Shown: positions 40,632 through 53,734 of the stretch, in pieces
Position numbering within the stretch: position 1 is the stretch's first letter
How the letters are laid out: each line of letters begins with the position of its first letter
From: Eledone cirrhosa
Lineage: Eukaryota
Length of the DNA stretch: 64,000 nt
Reading direction: 5' to 3'
Assembly: GCA_964016885.1 (NCBI GenBank)
Contig: OZ024759.1
Location: 31,868,001 to 31,932,000, forward strand
The notes under the pieces: generated by a model
What the model saw: the letters and a program-made list of their open reading frames with translations, nothing else
The model's database searches: none
What the model was told of the DNA's origin: nothing
Made by a program: the position numbers and the translations under genes

Positions 40632-42310
40632 TAGTGTCTAGAGAAGCGTTTCTCAAACTGTTTACTTTTGTAGAAACTTTGAAATAATTTTCATGTCTCT
40701 TATAACGACCTAATTTGAAACCTTTATTATATGAAAGTGTCAGAAGTGTTTCGTCACATTGAAAAGGCTACAGTAGTGTGACGAAAACTGCCCTAGTGTC
40801 TAGAGGAGCGCTTCTCAAACTGTTTACTTTTGTGGAAACCTTGAAATAATTTTCATGTCTCTTATAACGACCTAATTTGAAACCTTTATTATATGAAAGT
40901 GTCAGAAGTGTTTCGTCACATTGAAAAGGCTACAGTAGTGTGACGAAAACTGCCCTAGTGTCTAGAGGAGCGCTTCTCAAACTGTTTACTTTTGTGGAAA
41001 CCTTGAAATAATTTTCATGTCTCTTATAACGACCTAATTTGAAACCTTTATTATATGAAAGTGTCAGAAGTGTTTCGTCACATTGAAAAGGCTACAGTAG
41101 TGTGACGAAAACTGCCCTAGTGTCTAGAGGAGCGCTTCTCAAACTGTTTACTTTTGTGGAAACCTTGAAATAATTTTCATGTCTCTTATAACGACCTAAT
41201 TTGAAACCTTTATTATATGAAAGTGTCAGAAGTGTTTCGTCACATTGAAAAGGCCACAGTAGTGTGACGAAAACTAGCCTAGTGTCTAGAGGAGCGCTTC
41301 TCAAACTGTTTACTTTTGTAGAAACTTTGAAATAATTTTCATGTCTCTTATAACGACCTAATTTGAAACCTTTATTATATGAAAGTGTCAGAAGTGTTTC
41401 GTCACATTGAAAAGGCCACAGTAGTGTGACGAAAACTAGCCTAGTGTCTAGAGGAGCGCTTCTCAAACTGTTTACTTTTGTAGAAACTTTGAAATAATTT
41501 TCATGTCTCTTATAACGACCTAATTTGAAACCTTTATTATATGAAAGTGTCAGAAGTGTTTCGTCACATTGAAAAGGCTACAGTAGTGTGACGAAAACTG
41601 CCCTAGTGTCTAGAGGAGCGCTTCTCAAACTGTTTACTTTTGTGGAAACCTTGAAATAATTTTCATGTCTCTTATAACGACCTAATTTGAAACCTTTATT
41701 ATATGAAAGTGTCAGAAGTGTTTCGTCACATTGAAAAGGCTACAGTAGTGTGACGAAAACTAGCCTAGTGTCTAGAGCAGTGTTTCTCAGACTGTTTACT
41801 TTTGTAGAATCTTTGAAATAATTTTCATGTCTCTTATAACGACCTAATTTGAAACCTTTATTATATGAAAGTGTCAGAAGTGTTTCGTCACATTGAAAAG
41901 GCCACAGTAGTGTGACGAAAACTAGCCTAGTGTCTAGAGCAGTGTTTCTCAGACTGTTTACTTTTGTGGAAACCTTGAAATAATTTTCATGTCTCAGAGA
42001 ATTATCTCTTATAACGACCTAGTTTTAAATAATAAAAGAGTTTGAAACCTTTATTATATGAAAGTGTCAGAAGTGTTTCGTCACATTGAAAAGGCTACAG
42101 TAGTGTGACGAAAACTAGCCTAGTGTCTAGAGCAGTGTTTCTCAGACTGTTTACTCTTGTGGAAACCTTGAAATAATTTTTATGTCTCAGGGAATTATCT
42201 TTTATAACGACCTAGTTTTAAATAATAAAGGACTTTGAAGCCTTTATTATAAGAAAGGGTCAGAAGTGTTTCGTCACATTGAAAAGGCCACAGTAGTGTG
42301 ACGAAAACTG
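40632..42310. repeat. Satellite: eight 162-bp units plus two ~193-bp units
   Basis: TAGTGTCTAGAG starts at 40632, 40794, 40956, 41118, 41280, 41442, 41604, 41766, 41928 and 42121. Confidence 0.95.
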
Positions 42311-42543
42311 ACCGAAACATTAAAGGATTACATTAAGTATTAAAATGACACGAGAAAGACATTAAACACTCATGTGCTGAAAGAGCAATGAAATATATTT
42401 ACGAAAAGAAATAGAAATAAAAATACACAAGGAAAAAAACCTGAGTAGCTTTTAAATTCCGTCCATTAACTCTGTGTTGGTGGGTCTACCTCTACACCAT
42501 ATATATTATACTGATACATAAAAATGTATATATACATACATAA

Positions 42544-42598
<55 letters not shown>

Positions 42599-42644
42599 CA
42601 GGTATATATATATATATGTATATGTATGTATATTTATATATAAT

Positions 42645-42727
<83 letters not shown>

Positions 42728-43214
42728 CATGTATATGTATGTATATTTATATATAATTATATGTATAGTATTTATATATATATATATAAGTAAAATATAC
42801 ATATATATATATACACACACTCACACATACACACACATATTTATATATATATACACACACAGACACACACTTACATACACACACACACCATGTGCGTATG
42901 AAATCCAGATGTATTGTATTAAAAAAAAACTTGATTAATGATCTGCAGGTCGAGACTGCTTTCAAATGTTATGAATATTTGAAATATTTTAGCAAAATTC
43001 ACCAGCGTCTGTTATTTCGATTAAGACATCCTGAGATACCAATAAGAGTGCTACTCAGAAGTACTATGGATCCTCCGTCGGTGTCGACGACGGTCAACGT
43101 GTAAGAAGATGTGTATTCACAGACACATGTGTACGCTTAACGCAATTGCAGAGCAGAATGCATGTAAGTTATTATGTAACAATGTTGGACCAGTCCATTA
43201 TTTGTATAAATAAA

Positions 43215-43408
43215 GGGCGGTGGATTGGCAGTATCGGTAGAGGGTCGGACGCCATGCTTTGCAGCATAGAGTTACGGCCCTTTACGTTGAGAGTCCAAAT
43301 CCCGCCGAGGTTAACTCTGCCTTTCATCCTTACGGGGTCGATAGAATAAAGTACCAGTAATACACTGGGATGATTGCTGGCCTTGTGCCAAAAGTAGAAA
43401 CAGTTATT
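43215..43408 (+). mobile_element. Octopus-type SINE
   Basis: GGGCGGTGGATTGGCAGTATCGGTAGAG head through the GTAGAAAC tail. Confidence 0.82.
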
Positions 43409-43804
43409 TGTATTAACGCCTGGCTATCTCAGAGATACTTGCAACTTTGATCTTATTCTCAGGGAGATTCAGTATGACTCAGTGCATAATAAGGCTGGCC
43501 TATTGAATTATAGGTACAGTCCATCTGACAGGCTTGCAAATAGTTTTACGCAGAAGTTTTGGGTAACCCGCGGGTAATGGTTAAGACACTTGCTCAAGAC
43601 ACTTGCTCAAGATGACTGGTATTGGAATCAAACACGAGACTTCATGATATCAAAGTCAACTTCTTAACCACATAGCAAAGTCGGCTGTCCATTGTACCCA
43701 CTGTAATGGTTTCTGATTTAGACGCTAGGTCAATAATTTTGGAGTGAGGGGAAAGGCGATTTAAATCAACCCCAGTGTGTTACTGGTACTGTATATTATC
43801 GAGT

Positions 43805-43950
43805 GAAGGTGCATGGCTTAGTGGTTAGAGCATTGGGCTTGCAATCGAAAGGTTATGAGTTCAATTCTCTGACCGAGTGATGTGTTGTGTCCTTGAGTAA
43901 GACACTTTACTTCACCTTGCTCCAGTTTACTCAGCTGTAGAAATGAGATG
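43805..43950 (+). mobile_element. tRNA-SINE 5' part (625-899 family)
   Basis: TGGCTTAGTGG A box, GAGTTCAATTC B box and TTGTGTCCTTGAGTAAGACACTTT. Confidence 0.75.
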
Positions 43951-44062
43951 ATAGGGACTGGGGTCCCTATCATTAAATCACCCAAGACACCTCCAACGAG
44001 ATATACCTTGGAGGAGGCCAGCTTGGAGGTGTGAGCTGTCACATACACACACACACATATTA

Positions 44063-44190
44063 GCGACCCCTTGTAAGGATGAAAGGCAAATCTCACCTCG
44101 CTGGGATTTGAACTCAGAACGCAAAGGGACGTGACTTTATACCACAAAACGTTGTCCAACGCTCTACCGATATTGCCAATCCACCGCCCT
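44063..44190 (-). mobile_element. Octopus-type SINE 5' half
   Basis: Reverse complement of the 43215 head and domain. Confidence 0.75.
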
Positions 44191-44364
44191 TTGTGTAATA
44201 GACATTAGTACAAGGCGGATTGACAGTTGAAACGTTCAAACTCCAATCACGTTACCTTCTCGTCTACGTCTTGTAACGTTTTAGACGAGAACTGTAGTTA
44301 GGTATCCTAACATGCTCTGTGTAACCCCCCTTCTCTGTCTCTGTGGATGGATGCGTGCATTTAT

Positions 44365-44637
44365 GTGTGTGTGGAGGGTATGTATGTGTATGTGGGGTAT
44401 GTATGTGTGGAGGGTATGTATGTGTATGTGGGGTATGTATGTGTGGAGGGTATGTATGTGTATGTGGGGTATGTATGTGTGGAGGGTATGTATGTGTATG
44501 TGGGGTATGTGTGTGTGGAGGGTATGTATGTGCATGTGGGGTATGTATGTGTGGAGGGTATGTATGTGTATGTGGGGTATGTATGTGTGGAGGGTATGTA
44601 TGTGCATGTGGGGTATGTATGTGTGGAGGGTATGTGC
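44365..44637. repeat. 36-bp minisatellite, ~7.5 copies
   Basis: GTGGAGGGTATGTATGTGTATGTGGGGTATGTATGT repeated. Confidence 0.92.
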
Positions 44638-44711
44638 ATCTAAGACTCATTCAGCTTCAACCAATACCAACGACGTGTAACACCATCAATGCATTGTTAT
44701 TTGGACATTGA

Positions 44712-44749
<38 letters not shown>

Positions 44750-44894
44750 TCAAACACACACACACACATAGATATATATATGTATGTATGTATATATGTA
44801 TACATATATACATACACACTCAAACAGATATATATATGTATATACATATATACACTCCAACACAACACAGCACACATATATATTCATACACATA

Positions 44895-44936
<42 letters not shown>

Positions 44937-44981
44937 TATATATATATATACATACATACATACCTACAAGCATATATATAT

Positions 44982-45021
<40 letters not shown>

Positions 45022-45030
45022 ACAAACAAA

Positions 45031-45061
<31 letters not shown>

Positions 45062-45081
45062 CATACCTACAAACATATATA

Positions 45082-45113
<32 letters not shown>

Positions 45114-45192
45114 TACCTACAAACAAATATATATACATATATATATATATATATACATATACCTACAAACACACACACACATATATATATAT

Positions 45193-45238
<46 letters not shown>

Positions 45239-45262
45239 ATATACACACACATATATATATAT

Positions 45263-45315
<53 letters not shown>

Positions 45316-45525
45316 CATACACTCACACATACACTCAGTACCGCGACCTGGTATCAACCAAAGTGTGAAGGAAATGTTTAGAAAAATAAACAAATAGAAA
45401 ATGTCTTACTTATAACAGCATGACTCACTTTATCGATTTCTGGACAAGCGCACATGCGCACTGGTACATATAGATAGACAATATATGTATAGATATGTAC
45501 ATATATATGTATAGATATGTGTGTG

Positions 45526-45604
<79 letters not shown>

Positions 45605-45664
45605 ATATATGTATAAATATGTATTTGTGTATATATAGATATGTATATATATATATATGTGTAC

Positions 45665-45698
<34 letters not shown>

Positions 45699-45699
45699 G

Positions 45700-45732
<33 letters not shown>

Positions 45733-45759
45733 TTACATATCTGTATCTATCTCTCTATA

Positions 45760-45812
<53 letters not shown>

Positions 45813-45863
45813 ATATATACATATATATATATATTTACATATCTATATCTCTCTCTCTATATA

Positions 45864-45914
<51 letters not shown>

Positions 45915-45965
45915 GTGTATCAAACCCTCTTTCATGAATACATACATATATGCATGAGTATATAT

Positions 45966-46022
<57 letters not shown>

Positions 46023-46147
46023 CACACATACATACACACACGTAATATTACTGATGTAAATACGCACTGAAGCATATCAACTCGTAAATTACACGTAGTT
46101 TCTCATATATTCCTACATATATATACATATATACGTATGTATGTATG

Positions 46148-46194
<47 letters not shown>

Positions 46195-46354
46195 CCATAC
46201 ACAGAGATGCGTATGTGTATATTTAACCCTTTAACATTCACATTACTCTATCTCTTATTGTATTTTCACAGTAAAGGTCTAGAACTGCTTCACTCGTAAA
46301 GTCATTTCTATATTAAAAGTTTATACTCTATGTATTGAGTACCTTACTTACTGT

Positions 46355-46394
<40 letters not shown>

Positions 46395-46526
46395 CGAAGG
46401 AAATGTGGTAAGGAACCAGGTGGACCATAACGCACCAAAGTACTCAATACTTAGGGTAGTAGAGTGGGTAATAGGAACCAGTAAGACCCCGACGGCTGAG
46501 CTCAAGCCGTTTCGACGGCTAATTCT

Positions 46527-46572
<46 letters not shown>

Positions 46573-46725
46573 CCCCCCTACACACATATATATATATATC
46601 TCCAAAGCGCAATGCAATGCATGCACTCTATTTGCTGTACCAGATGTTGTCAATACTGATATATATATATATATAAAAGCAAGTCGGTCTGTGTGTGTGT
46701 GTGTAAAAGGTAAACAGAAACAACA

Positions 46726-47171
46726 TCTATATATATATAAAAGCAAGTCGGTCTGTGTGTGTGAGTGTCTGTGTGTCTGTGTCTGTGTCTGTGTGTGTGT
46801 CTGTCTGTGTACAAATACTAGGCTCCTTTTAACATTTGAAGTACCAGGCCGATTTCAACCAAATTTGGCACACCTGTTGCTTATATGCCAGAGCAGGTTT
46901 TGGACCAAAAACAAATTTGAAAAAAAAATCGATATTGGGGCCGAAAAATCGATTTTGTGTGTGTATCTGTCTGTGTACAAATACTAGGTTCCTTTTAACT
47001 TTTGAAGTACTAGGCCGATTTGGCACGTGCTATTGAGGCGACCTCTCATTGGCTAGCCCATTAGCTGACATAAGCTGACATGCACTCAGAAATTGCTAGC
47101 TAAGCCATAAACGACCTTGAACAATTCAGGCTGTGATTCATTTCCCGAGCAAGGCCGGGTACATCTGCTAG
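46726..47171 (+). mobile_element. Non-autonomous Helitron (Lep1/Heligloria-like architecture)
   Basis: 5' A|TCTATATATATATAAAAG, internal GTCTGT/GT microsatellite, CCGATTTCAACCAAATTTGGCACA motif, 3' hairpin CCCGAGCAAGGCCGGG, then CTAG|T. Inserted between A and T. Confidence 0.8.
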
Positions 47172-47244
<73 letters not shown>

Positions 47245-47313
47245 GAGAAGAAAGAAGAATACTGCGTGGTTTGCACATGGGTTACATATGATAAAAATAG
47301 TCCTTCGTCAGTG

Positions 47314-47374
<61 letters not shown>

Positions 47375-47389
<15 letters not shown>

Positions 47390-47392
47390 TTG

Positions 47393-47423
<31 letters not shown>

Positions 47424-47431
47424 GAGATATT

Positions 47432-47494
<63 letters not shown>

Positions 47495-47636
47495 AGATAG
47501 ATAGATAGAGAGAGAGAGAGAGATATTGAGATAGATAGATAGAGAGAGAGAGATATTGAGATAGATAGATAGATAGAGAGAGAGAGATATTGAGATAGAT
47601 AGATAGATAGAGAGAGAGAGATATTGAGATAGATAG

Positions 47637-47711
<75 letters not shown>

Positions 47712-47716
47712 TATTG

Positions 47717-47772
<56 letters not shown>

Positions 47773-47858
47773 AGATAGATAGATAGATAGAGAGAGAGAG
47801 ATATTGAGATAGAGAGAGAGAGTGAGATATTGAGATAGATAGATAGAGAGAGAGATTG

Positions 47859-47889
<31 letters not shown>

Positions 47890-47946
47890 TATTGAGATAG
47901 ATAGAGAGAGAGAGATATTGAGATAGATAGAGAGAGAGAGATATTG

Positions 47947-47983
<37 letters not shown>

Positions 47984-48105
47984 TATTGAGATAGATAGAG
48001 AGAGTGAGAGAGAGAGATATTGAGATAGATAGATAGAGAGAGAGAGATATTGAGATAGATAGATAGATAGAGAGAGAGGGAGATAGATAGATAGAAAGAG
48101 AGATA
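47375..48105. repeat. Compound (GATA)n/(GA)n repeat punctuated by GATATT
   Basis: Direct reading. Confidence 0.9.
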
Positions 48106-48215
48106 GGACTGTTGTATCAAGTGCAACTTCAAGTACAAACATCACCTATTGTTCTCTCTCGTCTTCAAACCTCAGAACTCTGTGTCGTGTGAAAGGTGTA
48201 GATGTTTGGATGAGT

Positions 48216-48303
48216 GGTGAGGGGCCGCCGGGTGATATGGCCTGGTGAGGGGTCGTCGGGTGACATGGCCTGATGAGGGGCCGTCGGGTGACATGGCCTG
48301 ATG
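48216..48303. repeat. 28-bp GC-rich tandem repeat, 3 copies
   Basis: G(G/A)TGAGGGG(C/T)CG(C/T)CGGGTGA(T/C)ATGGCCT. Confidence 0.85.
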
Positions 48304-48470
48304 AGATATCTATCTTTGGTGTTTGATATCAGCGTTAGGGGTGGGTGGGGTGGCGATGGATTGTTTTGATGGTGAGATGATTGGAATGGAGTTTATCTTC
48401 ATGGTTGATGGTGCTGTTTGTAATGGTGACGGTGATGGTGGTTGGATAGTTGGAATGGAGGTTATCTTAA

Positions 48471-48912
48471 CCCTTTAGCATTTACATAACTCTATATATA
48501 CTATTGTATTTTTGTGGCGAAGGCTTTATCTCACATAATTATCTCACATAATTATCTCACATAATTATCTCACATAATTATCTCACATAATTATCTCACA
48601 TCATTATCTCACATAATTATCTCACATAATTATCTCACATAATTATCTCACATAATTATCTCACATAATTATCTCACATAATTATCTCACATAATTATCT
48701 CACATAATTATCTCACATCATTATCTCACATCATTATCTCACATAATTATCTCACATCATTATCTCATATAATATCGAATCTATGAGATTTTGATGTTAT
48801 TTATTTTGAGAACAATACCTTAACATCAGTAAGAGTGGCCAGTTAGGGTCAGTTAGAACAGAAAGAGATGAGAAAATTCTGGCCACATACGGCCGGTTTA
48901 AATGCTAAAAAG
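48471..48912. mobile_element. piggyBac-like MITE with TTAA TSD and an internal 13-bp minisatellite (48527-48770)
   Basis: TTAA|CCCTTTAGCATTTA ... TAAATGCTAAAAAG|TTAA with an internal (TTATCTCACATAA)n array. A related left end lies at about 46223. Confidence 0.7.
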
Positions 48913-49097
48913 TTAATGGTTGATGGTGTTCGTTGTAATGGTGGTGGTGATGGTGGTTGGATAGTTGGGGTGGGGATTATCTTGATGATAGTTGTAATGA
49001 TGATGATGATGATGATGATGACGGTGAGGGAGTTGGTGATAGTGATGATGATGATAATGGTGACTGTAGTTATGTTCCTGCGTCGACAGTTTCAAAT

Positions 49098-49705
49098 ATT
49101 TGGGTGCAATCGTTTCAGATGAAGGACCTAAACCTGAAGTACTCGCCAGATCTGCTCAGACTATAGCATTACTTACAAAACTTAAGACCATCTGGAATGA
49201 CAAGAACATAGCCCTCAGCTCAAAGATCAGACTCGTGCGCTCTCTGGTCATGTCCATATTCTTGTACGTCTGTGAGTCTTGGACAATGACAGCAGATCCG
49301 GAAAGAAGAATACAGGCTATGGAGATGAGAGAAGATGCTTCAAAAAGCTCCTTGGTATTACCTACAGAGGCCGCATCGCACATGAGGAGGTGCCAAACAG
49401 AATTTGGCAAGCCATCGGCCCTTACGAATACTTGTTGACCATTGTGAAAAAAACGCAAATTGAGATGGTACGAGCTTGTGACAAGATTTTCAGGGCTTGC
49501 CAAGACTGTCCTGCAGGGAACAGTACAAGGAGGGGGAAAGAGAGTCAGGCAGAGAAAGAGATGGGAGGACAACATTTCGGAATGGACAGGAATGAAGCTG
49601 GGTGCAACCATGAGGAGGATGGAGAGGCGAGAAGGATGGAAGGAGCTGGTTACCAGGTCATCTGTGGCACCCCAACCGTCCACCAGATTATGGGACAGAT
49701 AAGAT
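49098..49705 (+). pseudogene. RTE-clade LINE 3' fragment
   Basis: LGAIVSDEG.KPEVLAR...SKIRLVRSLVMSIFLYVCESWT and RWYELVTR.SGLAKTVLQGTVQG...RQRKRWEDNI, with frameshifts. Confidence 0.9.
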
Positions 49706-49911
49706 GATATATATAATATAATAATAATATATATAACAAAGAGGGCGTGGTATAATAACGGGTGGACCATAACGCACCAGAGTACTCAATACTTAGAGTA
49801 GTAGAGTGGGTAGTCAGGATCCCGACGGCTGAGCTCCGGCCGTTTCGACAGCTATATATATATATACAATGATATTAAATAAATGGAAACTATATTTATA
49901 AAACCATATTT

Positions 49912-49974
49912 ATTTTATTATATATATTTAAAGGGCAACCAAGACAACCTTGGTGCGCTTTCATCAGATAAAAT
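49912..49974 (-). ncRNA. Degenerate hammerhead (GAAA changed to TAAA), related to family H
   Basis: ATTTTAT-CTGATGA-[stem II]-TAAATATATATA-ATAAAAT. Confidence 0.5.
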
Positions 49975-50160
49975 ACAAAGTTTGTTTTATAAATAGAGAC
50001 ATACCCATGAAAATCATACCTTATCGGTTGGAAATTCACTGGATATATATATATATATATACTTAGGTTAATAGGAGTTAGGTATTGTATACCCGTGTCC
50101 CATTAAGGTATTTGTTCTTGAATGTTTGGTTGGTAGAGTCCATAACACCAATCAAACCCC

Positions 50161-50220
50161 TTTTATAGCTCTGACGAATCCTACGGTTACGTAAGGAAGA
50201 AACATTGTAAGCCAATAAAA
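50161..50220 (+). ncRNA. Minimal hammerhead ribozyme (family G)
   Basis: Same as 27597-27656. Confidence 0.8.
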
Positions 50221-50254
50221 ATCTTTTGATGTTGTAGACGCTCTTGTGTTCTTT

Positions 50255-50319
<65 letters not shown>

Positions 50320-50441
50320 ATAATTAACGCCGTACTCGCACCACCAACTACACAAACGAAGACGGGTGAGTTGCATTACATCGCGGTTGACCATACGGAA
50401 TGACCAGTTCTATTCAGTGGTGAACCAACAAACCTAAATAA

Positions 50442-50481
<40 letters not shown>

Positions 50482-50771
50482 ATTTATATGTATGTGTGTG
50501 TGTGTGTGTGTATTTATATATGTGTATATATATTTATGTGTATATATATGTGCATATATATTTATGTATATATATATATAATATATAAGATCAAAAGATG
50601 GTTAAAAGAGTTCCATTTATTGTACTACAATAAAACTCACCTCCTACACCCCCCCCTCTAAATAAAATATTTTTCCCAATATCACACATCAATCTAAAAT
50701 TACTTCTCATATGTAGATTTAAAACTGCACTATCCACAAGTGTTTTTTAGCCTTCATATCATGTCCTCCTG

Positions 50772-50836
50772 TTTTATCTGATGAAAACAAATATTATTGC
50801 ATGATGATGTTTGTTTTTGAAATGCGCATAATAAAA
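50772..50836 (+). ncRNA. Hammerhead ribozyme (family B)
   Basis: TTTTAT-CTGATGA-...-GAAATGCGCATA-ATAAAA, in rearranged family B pieces at 50580-50870. Confidence 0.85.
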
Positions 50837-50929
50837 TACATGGAACTCCTTTAACCATCTTTTGTTCTTATATATATATATATATACGATATTAAACAAA
50901 TGGAAACTATATTTATAAAAAACATATTT

Positions 50930-50993
50930 ATTTCGTTATATATATTTCTGGGATATCATATTAAAAATATGGTATGCCTTCCTCAGACAAAAT
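50930..50993 (-). ncRNA. Hammerhead ribozyme (family H, minus arm)
   Basis: ATTTTGT-CTGAGGA-...-GAAATATATATA-ACGAAAT. Confidence 0.75.
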
Positions 50994-51130
50994 ACAATAT
51001 ACAAGCTGTTTTATAAATAATTTTGACATACCTTAGAATAATGCAACTTCGATTTAAATCAACTTTTTAAATGGAAGTTGCATTATTCTAAGGTATGTCA
51101 AAATTATTTATAAAACAGCTTGTATATTGT

Positions 51131-51194
51131 ATTTTGTCTGAGGAAGGCATACCATATTTTTAATATGATATCCCAGAAATATATATAATGAAAT
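51131..51194 (+). ncRNA. Hammerhead ribozyme (family H, plus arm)
   Basis: ATTTTGT-CTGAGGA-AGGCATACCATATT/AATATGATATCCCA-GAAATATATATA-ATGAAAT, with palindromic helix III ATATATAT. Confidence 0.75.
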
Positions 51195-51322
51195 AAATAT
51201 GGTTTTATAAATATAGTTTCCATTTGTTTAATATCGTAAACCTACTCCAAAACTGTTGAGTGCTTTTATATCAGTTATAAAATATTTACTCGTTGTAACC
51301 CAACAATTTTAAATAAATCTTT

Positions 51323-51372
<50 letters not shown>

Positions 51373-51577
51373 GATATACGGATAAGAACCCAGCTAGATA
51401 TGTAAGCAGATATGTAGCCATCCTATAGACATATGGTGCGAGAACTGTGTCTGTGAGGATGGAAGAAATGGTAAAAATGGACTTCAAGTATTTCACTTGA
51501 GAAGAATATGGAATATTTAGCGTCTTTTCCACCAGTCTACACTTATCAGCGTTAAATTAATATTTCTAATTTCGACC

Positions 51578-51608
<31 letters not shown>

Positions 51609-51672
51609 TGTATGTATGTATGTATGTATGTATGTATGTATGTATGTATGTATGTATGTATGTGTATATATA

Positions 51673-51724
<52 letters not shown>

Positions 51725-51745
51725 AATATATATATATATATGTAA

Positions 51746-51813
<68 letters not shown>

Positions 51814-51988
51814 GTATTTATATATATGTATATATATATATGTATATATGTGTATATATATATATTTAAAATCACACACACGCACACACGTATATACATA
51901 TATACCTGTGTGTGTGTGTGTGTGATTATCAATCAATTTTTGTATCGATCTTCACGTATACATACAAATATATATATGTGTATGAGTA

Positions 51989-52047
<59 letters not shown>

Positions 52048-52550
52048 TTATATATATATATATACATATATATATATTTATATAAGATCAATAAACTTAT
52101 TACAGATGTAAACTACTTAAAGTCGTCACAGATGTGCTACTACTGCTGCTGCTGTTCTTTCTGCTAAATATGGAAACCTGTTAGCGCAGTAAATTACTTT
52201 ATAGCATGTTTTAGGGTATAATATATTAATTTGAAACGAAATAGTTCCCCACCTCCTCTCCTCCATCGATAATTAACACACCATACACCCCATCTACACC
52301 GCCACCACCGCTACAAATTATCAAATATTTTAGAAACCTTTTCTGAAATATCTAATATTGTCTAATATTGTCTTAAAATATTCGATAATCCGAACTTATT
52401 TTTGTTCGGTTCTTTTTGAAACTAAAAGGAAATAAATATTAAATGATATTTTAGTACTTTATTGTTCAAACTTTAAACATTAGGATTGTATATTTTATAA
52501 TTGATCCTACGTTGGTTTCGGCGATGAGTATTACGGTCGTTCAGTTAACT

Positions 52551-52635
52551 CAGAACTTCTCAAAGTGGGCACTACAGCTACCCGGGGGCGTTAAGAAGGT
52601 CCAATGGGCGCTGGGGCCAAGGGGGCGGTAAATAT
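52551..52635 (+). mobile_element. Degraded hAT/Charlie-like left end
   Basis: CAGAACTTCTCAAAGTGGG followed by GC-rich subterminal GGGGGCG motifs. Confidence 0.4.
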
Positions 52636-52691
52636 GATATAATAGTATATTAAATATCAAATGATACATATTATATATATATATATATACG

Positions 52692-52842
52692 TCATGCTTT
52701 CTAGCATAGTTACGTCCCTTTATGGTCTGAGTTCAAATCCCGTCGAGGTTAACTTTACCTTTCATCCTTACGGGGTCGATAAAATAAAGTACCAGTAATG
52801 TACTGAGTAATTGCTGGCCTTGTGCCTAAAGTAGAAACAATA
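52692..52842 (+). mobile_element. 5'-truncated octopus-type SINE
   Basis: B box, domain and tail as in 24815. Confidence 0.78.
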
Positions 52843-52972
52843 TATATATATATTTTTTTTGACATAGTTCTTTAATACGATATATGATGGTATCATATTA
52901 ATTTAATATATCATATTAATTTAATATGATATCTGATGGTATCCAATGATGTATGTATGTATTTATGTCAGG

Positions 52973-53581
52973 TCAGGTCACCAGTTGGTGCTACTGGTAA
53001 CATGTATCCCAGTACAACCTGTCTCATGGTCGGGTCGTTGGCGACTAAACTGGCAACCCCACCAAGGTTTCTTGGTGGGGAGGGTGACTTTGGACATCCT
53101 GCAGGACTAAAACCAAAACCTGTCAAAGGGCAAAGGAGCTCTTAAGAGTCAATGGCCATCCAAAATCACCGGGAGAGATGACCCCTTAGCCCTTGTCAAG
53201 GCAGAATTCTAGGAGAAGGAAAACTCTGATATAACACCTGCAACCCTGATGGTATCCAATGATGTTGACTTGTTCTTCTTTTTGGTAAATATCATCTTGG
53301 TTAAGAGAGTGGGACTGGCTTTGTGCAGTGCCTTTGCTCACTATAAAAGCTTCACGGCACAGGCATTGCTTTATATCTGGAGATCTCTCTGCACTTGTCC
53401 TCACATGGTACCATGGGCCCAGCACTATGTGTCAGTAATTGCCACAAGTGTAGTGTTTGTACCAGAGTTTTCAAGTCGCTGGCTGGACTAAAAAGTCACA
53501 CTCGTTCAGCGCATCGGTAGGGGTTCTCCTACATGGATATAAAGTAGTGGGCGTACTCGAAAACAAGTTGGCAGCCACCAT
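52973..53581 (+). mobile_element. ~610-bp non-autonomous RTE-derived retroposon (copy 2)
   Basis: Structured 5' leader, TAGGAGAAGGAAAACTCTGA motif, and 3' end GTACTCGAAAACAAGTTGGCAGCCACCA followed by microsatellite. Confidence 0.75.
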
Positions 53582-53700
53582 GTATATGTACATATGTATA
53601 TATGCACATGTATGTATGTATGTATATGTATATGTATGTATGTATGCATATGTATGTATATATGTATATATGTATATAAATGTATGTATATGTATGTATG

Positions 53701-53734
<34 letters not shown>

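Larger units (their letters stand above)
50885..51238. mobile_element. Fold-back HHR element (family H)
   Basis: Arms at about 50885-51050 and 51073-51238. Confidence 0.85.

Noticed and set aside
40632-42310. Regular array as a possible CRISPR, or a repeat-protein ORF at 41092-41466
   Set aside because: The whole unit repeats with no unique spacers, there are no cas genes, the context is eukaryotic, and the frame is broken by stops in other units.
48268-48310. CTGATGAG motifs as hammerheads
   Set aside because: Part of a 28-bp tandem repeat, with no stem II-GAAA-UH following.
51408-51475. Short Cys-rich frame ICSHPIDIWCENCVCEDGRN as an exon
   Set aside because: No polypyrimidine tract and no recognisable domain; too short to support.
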